Below are positions 36,283 to 40,229 of a stretch of DNA of 40,229 bases, in pieces. The DNA is from Pseudobdellovibrionaceae bacterium (lineage in GTDB: Bacteria > Bdellovibrionota > Bdellovibrionia > Bdellovibrionales > UBA1609), in the NCBI GenBank assembly GCA_030591685.1, contig JAUVAX010000004.1, forward strand, positions 1 to 40,229, given 5' to 3'. Below the pieces are notes generated by a model. The model did no database searches, was not told where the DNA came from, and worked only from the letters and a program-made list of their open reading frames with translations. The translations under genes were made by a program, and so were the position numbers. How positions within the stretch are numbered: position 1 is the first letter of the stretch; each line of letters opens with the position of its first letter.

Positions 36283-37308
36283 ATGATGCGCTGTCTCCCC
36301 GCTTTGTTTAAACTGCTTTTAGTTCTTCTTTACATAGGCCCTGCAGAAGCTCAAGTTTTGAGATACCGAGAGGGGCAGATGAGTTTTTTCACTCGCTTTG
36401 AAGTCTTTAGTACCGACTCTAACTTTGATCCCTCTGGTGGAAGTTTCACAAAGCTCCCCGCAGGGCAAAGCTATGACCTCTCTCTTATAAAAACTCGTAT
36501 GCAGTATGACTACACCAATGACTTTGCCTTTTATGGTGGAGTTAATTTTGCCATTGCAAAAAGTAATGACGGGTTATTTACAAGAAATAACTCTACCCTC
36601 ACCGGCTTTGAGGGGGGATTACAATATAAAGCCATGAAAAAACCCTTCTTAATTGTGCCACAAATTCATGTTATTTTACCTTTTGAAACCATATCTAATA
36701 ACACAGATCAGGTGATAAGCAGTGAATCCGCCGTAGAAGTAGAGGTTGGAGTTTGGCTACAAAAAAAACTATGGCGATTATATAACTATGCCTACTTTGG
36801 CTTTGACTACAGAGACGGTGGTCGATCGGCACTGGGGAAATATAAACTAGGCACCTATGCTCGAATTAAAAATTTTTACATGGGCCTTGACGCCAATGGG
36901 TACCAGTCCATTAGTGACGATGAAAACACGAACACCCCTTTTGTTCGTACTGTAATTACAAACCAAGTGAACGGAAGTAGCTTGAAGTACTACTCCATCA
37001 ACCCTGATAATTTAAGCGTCGACTTGTGGGCCGGAATGATTGCTTTTGAAAACTACCTTTTTAAGGTGGGGTACGCACAGGACGTAAATGGGTCAAACTC
37101 GGCTAAAGGAAGTACTGTTTATGTGGGCCTTGATATCCGAAACTTTTACCTTAAAAGCAAAAAGGTCAGAAGCCAAAGGGCTCGAAGAAAAAGAATAAAC
37201 AACTTAAATGATCAATTTCAGCCTGAAGAGGACACCCTAGATGACGGTGAACTTGATGAAGACAAAATTGAAAAAGATCTTGAGGTTAAGGTGCTTAATA
37301 AAAATTAG
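36283..37308 (+). CDS. Putative outer-membrane beta-barrel protein with charged C-terminal tail
   Basis: AAGGA SD before the ATG at 36283. Signal peptide ending AEA; aromatic-rich alternating strands. Confidence 0.65.
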   Translation: MMRCLPALFKLLLVLLYIGPAEAQVLRYREGQMSFFTRFEVFSTDSNFDPSGGSFTKLPAGQSYDLSLIKTRMQYDYTNDFAFYGGVNFAIAKSNDGLFTRNNSTLTGFEGGLQYKAMKKPFLIVPQIHVILPFETISNNTDQVISSESAVEVEVGVWLQKKLWRLYNYAYFGFDYRDGGRSALGKYKLGTYARIKNFYMGLDANGYQSISDDENTNTPFVRTVITNQVNGSSLKYYSINPDNLSVDLWAGMIAFENYLFKVGYAQDVNGSNSAKGSTVYVGLDIRNFYLKSKKVRSQRARRKRINNLNDQFQPEEDTLDDGELDEDKIEKDLEVKVLNKN

Positions 37309-37784
37309 CCGCAGCATTTTTTATGCTTTTTACCGCTACCACAAGAGCAAGGGTCGTTGCGACCAATTTTTTTATCCTGCCGCACAAAGGTTTCAATATC
37401 AGGGGTCTTACTGGTTGAAAAAAACCACTTATTTTTATGTTTTACAAATGTACTCAGCTCATGATGCGTTTCAGATTTACCATTAAGTATGTAGCGCACT
37501 TTAAACTCAACAGTGCCGGATTTATCGTCCCCCTCACCCTCAACGCAATTAATAATTTCAAGACCCAACCACTCACTTTTCTGAGACCATGACTCTGTGG
37601 AGTTACGATCAAATTCATTTATTGTTCGAGGATCATGCGTTTTTTCAATATAATCAATATTACCTAATGTGTAGGCTACATACCGAGAGCGCATCAATTG
37701 TTCTGCTGTTTTCGGGGGGGCACCCTTTAAATATAAATCACAACAGTTATCAAAATTAAGCTCCGAACCACATGGACAGCTCAC
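37305..37784 (-). CDS. ychJ: YchJ family SEC-C metal-binding protein
   Basis: CPCGS...[24 protein letters not shown]...[19 protein letters not shown]. Confidence 0.93.
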   Translation of the reverse strand: MSCPCGSELNFDNCCDLYLKGAPPKTAEQLMRSRYVAYTLGNIDYIEKTHDPRTINEFDRNSTESWSQKSEWLGLEIINCVEGEGDDKSGTVEFKVRYILNGKSETHHELSTFVKHKNKWFFSTSKTPDIETFVRQDKKIGRNDPCSCGSGKKHKKCCG

Positions 37785-37877
37785 GTTCCCTCCTAGCTTT
37801 GCGTTTTAACAAACACAGAGGCTAACATACAAGCTCTCAAAGGGCAGTTGTTTTTTTAAGATCAACTTTATAATTAT

Positions 37878-40229
37878 TTAATAATGAAATTCGAGGTTTA
37901 ATCTCTCTTTTGCAGAACCGTCCTGTTCTGGCGAGCCCTCCATCTCCTTGGGCGCATCATTTTTAGATTTATCGCTCTTAGGATTTTCTGGGTCCGTTTT
38001 ATGATATTTCAAATAGAAATCTTTTTTAAATCTATTTAGTTTTTTAAAATTAGATTTTGTTTTTACTACTTTTCGAATCTCATCTGTAAAATATTTCTCG
38101 ATGTCCTTCATTCTGGTTTTACCTGCGTCTACAAAATCTATATTAATTTTGTTATACTCCTCATGCAGCTCTCGAACCAAGTTTGACTCTTGTGAGATAA
38201 ATGGAACAATAGATTCGTCACTTAATTTTAATTTTTCTACAAAAAATTCATTTAACTGAATAATCCACTCTTCCCTATATTTTATATCTAATTCGTTTTT
38301 AACATAACTCTCTGTATATAAAACTCGATCGGTATATGATTTATGGTACTCACTCACCTTATCAGGGTTAAACGTCGGCTTGTTGGCCTTGACTTCAGCT
38401 ACCTTTTCAGCATATATATCAGTAACAGCCTTTGACTCACTGGCGACCTCTCTGAGGGTGGTCTCTGCTTGTTCTAAGACATCTGAGCCATAAATCACAG
38501 AAACCGCGATTACTACACTGGCCACACCCGATCTGATCCAAAAATTTCTTGTTTTTTTATGCTGCTCATGGGGGTCAACCTGTAAGTAGGCCGCTAAGTC
38601 AGATTCATCATAATCAATATTTAAAAGTACCTTCTCTGAAATTTTATTAATTTCATATTTTATGTCCTCTATAGAGCCCGCATCATTAGGTTTCGACAAA
38701 TGCTTTTTTAAATTTGACACTAGAGCTGCATTTAACTCTCTCACGAGAACCCTTCTGTCTGACTGCAACTTATCTGAAGACTCATGAACTTGGCTTGATA
38801 TTTCTGACTCAATTTGTTTCATTTGCCTAAGTCGCAGTGATGACATTTCAGTTTCTAAGTCTTTTTTTCGCTTATCAAATGTATCCTCAAGCTCCTCAAT
38901 TCTCTCTGCGTGCCCCGAGGTAAATTTATCTTTTACTTTCTTTTGCTCTAACTTTAAATCTTTAATTAATATCTCTGATCGATCATTCACGGCACGTAAA
39001 ATCTCGTCAGCATCTAATTGAGCCTTAGACTTAATCGAGTCAGCTTCATTTAAAAGAGCCTCTCTTTCTTTTTGAATCTCAGCTTTCAGCCCATCCGTAG
39101 AGTCGATAAGTTGCTTATGCTCATCAAGAGAGTGCTCCTTTACGGCCTGCACATCAGCTAAAATCTCCTTTTCCTCGCCCTTTGCCCTCTCAACTATTTG
39201 GCGAGCCTCATCTTCAGCCTTTTTGACAAATTCCTCGGCCTGCTTCGTTGAGGAGGCAATGCGCTCATCAATTTTTTCATACGCAACTCTTGTTTGCTCT
39301 TCTCGATCCTGGAGTGCTTTTTTATCTTTATCCATCATAACGGTTTGAGCATTTGCTATGATGTCCTCGGCACGCTTCTCAGCATCCTCTTTGATTTTCT
39401 TAGCATCCTTTAAGTATAAATCTCTTTCTTTTTCAAATATTTCAATTTCATCTTTTTTGGCTCTGCTAAAATTTTCCAAACTTTTTTCAATGGATTCTTG
39501 CCTTTTGTATAATTTATCTAATCGACGCTGCGCCTTTTCTGCGTTTTCTGCCACCTCTAAATGCTCAGCCTTATAGCCTGTAATCTCGTCTTTTAACGAG
39601 GCGCTCTCTTTTTTTAATTCTTCATTTTGCTCCAAAAGTTGCTCATGGCTGTTTTTTCCCTTAATTAACTCTTCGTGTAAGGCTTGATGATCTTCCTTCA
39701 CTGATGAAAAGTTATTTTCAATTGTAAAAATCTGGCCTTCCAGGTGAGCTTTTCTGGACTCAAAGGACTCCTCCTCACTCTTTAAAAGGCCTTGGACTTT
39801 ATTTCTTTGATTTTCAGCAGCTTTCTGTTCATTTTGAACGCTTTTTTTATCTGTGTCTAATTTTTCTAAATCAGTCTTTATAGATGAGATCACTTCTACA
39901 AGCTTTGTCCTCTCATTTTTAGTTTCCTTAAGCTCCTCACGAGCTTTCGCCTGCAATATATGGCCTTCTTTTTCAATATTTTCCTTCTTGTTCTCAGCGT
40001 CTAATATGATTTTTTTGGCATGACCGTAGCTTTCAGAAATCTCACTCTCTGCTTTGAGTTTTATTTTTTCAGCATCCCCACGACTTATCTCTATTAATTT
40101 TTCAGCTTCAACTTTAGCGCTTTCAATTTTTTTCGCACCATCTTCATTTGCTTTGATAATAATACTTTTGTACTTAGAACGCGCGTTTTTGATGCTCTCC
40201 TCGGCGTCCACAAATATCTGTGCTGACTG
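37878..40229 (-). CDS. Long coiled-coil membrane-anchored protein (5' partial)
   Basis: Frame open to the window edge. E/K/A-rich coiled coil, single TM (FWIRSGVASVVIAVSVIYG), ~200-aa C-terminal domain. Confidence 0.85.
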   Translation of the reverse strand, partial: QSAQIFVDAEESIKNARSKYKSIIIKANEDGAKKIESAKVEAEKLIEISRGDAEKIKLKAESEISESYGHAKKIILDAENKKENIEKEGHILQAKAREELKETKNERTKLVEVISSIKTDLEKLDTDKKSVQNEQKAAENQRNKVQGLLKSEEESFESRKAHLEGQIFTIENNFSSVKEDHQALHEELIKGKNSHEQLLEQNEELKKESASLKDEITGYKAEHLEVAENAEKAQRRLDKLYKRQESIEKSLENFSRAKKDEIEIFEKERDLYLKDAKKIKEDAEKRAEDIIANAQTVMMDKDKKALQDREEQTRVAYEKIDERIASSTKQAEEFVKKAEDEARQIVERAKGEEKEILADVQAVKEHSLDEHKQLIDSTDGLKAEIQKEREALLNEADSIKSKAQLDADEILRAVNDRSEILIKDLKLEQKKVKDKFTSGHAERIEELEDTFDKRKKDLETEMSSLRLRQMKQIESEISSQVHESSDKLQSDRRVLVRELNAALVSNLKKHLSKPNDAGSIEDIKYEINKISEKVLLNIDYDESDLAAYLQVDPHEQHKKTRNFWIRSGVASVVIAVSVIYGSDVLEQAETTLREVASESKAVTDIYAEKVAEVKANKPTFNPDKVSEYHKSYTDRVLYTESYVKNELDIKYREEWIIQLNEFFVEKLKLSDESIVPFISQESNLVRELHEEYNKINIDFVDAGKTRMKDIEKYFTDEIRKVVKTKSNFKKLNRFKKDFYLKYHKTDPENPKSDKSKNDAPKEMEGSPEQDGSAKERLNLEFHY

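Noticed and set aside
1131..39576. Other short (60-101 aa) ORFs in the track overlapping assigned genes
   Set aside because: Shadow or antisense frames without SD or motifs.
1..40229. CRISPR arrays, IS/transposases, integrases, rRNA
   Set aside because: No regularly spaced long repeats or matching ORFs seen by eye.

Overview
Bacterial chromosome segment, most consistent with a predatory Bdellovibrionota (inference from two TIGR02147/DUF4423 paralogs, FliA-like promoters and many Cys-rich secreted orphans). The window encodes all seven shikimate-pathway activities (aroF; aroB; aroA; a trifunctional aroK-aroD-aroE fusion; aroC) plus menF, menD (partial) and menG/ubiE. The aroB-aroA-aroKDE genes are translationally coupled and follow the domain order of the eukaryotic pentafunctional AROM protein, directly downstream of a dppABC set with no ATPase gene. 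Between aroC and aroKDE lie leuS and a ~10 kb accessory block. That block holds an M13-like protease plus coupled lipoprotein, a YfbK-like lipoprotein missing its VWA domain, a second HEXXH protein, and two TIGR02147/DUF4423 genes, one frameshifted in an A7 run. The right half is mostly housekeeping: HPF-like, rnr, OMP, GDPD, IPNS-family oxygenase, valS, rhodanese-like, MFS, beta-barrel, ychJ and a partial coiled-coil membrane protein. No rRNA, tRNA, CRISPR array or IS element was seen. All family calls come from recalled motifs; no searches were run.
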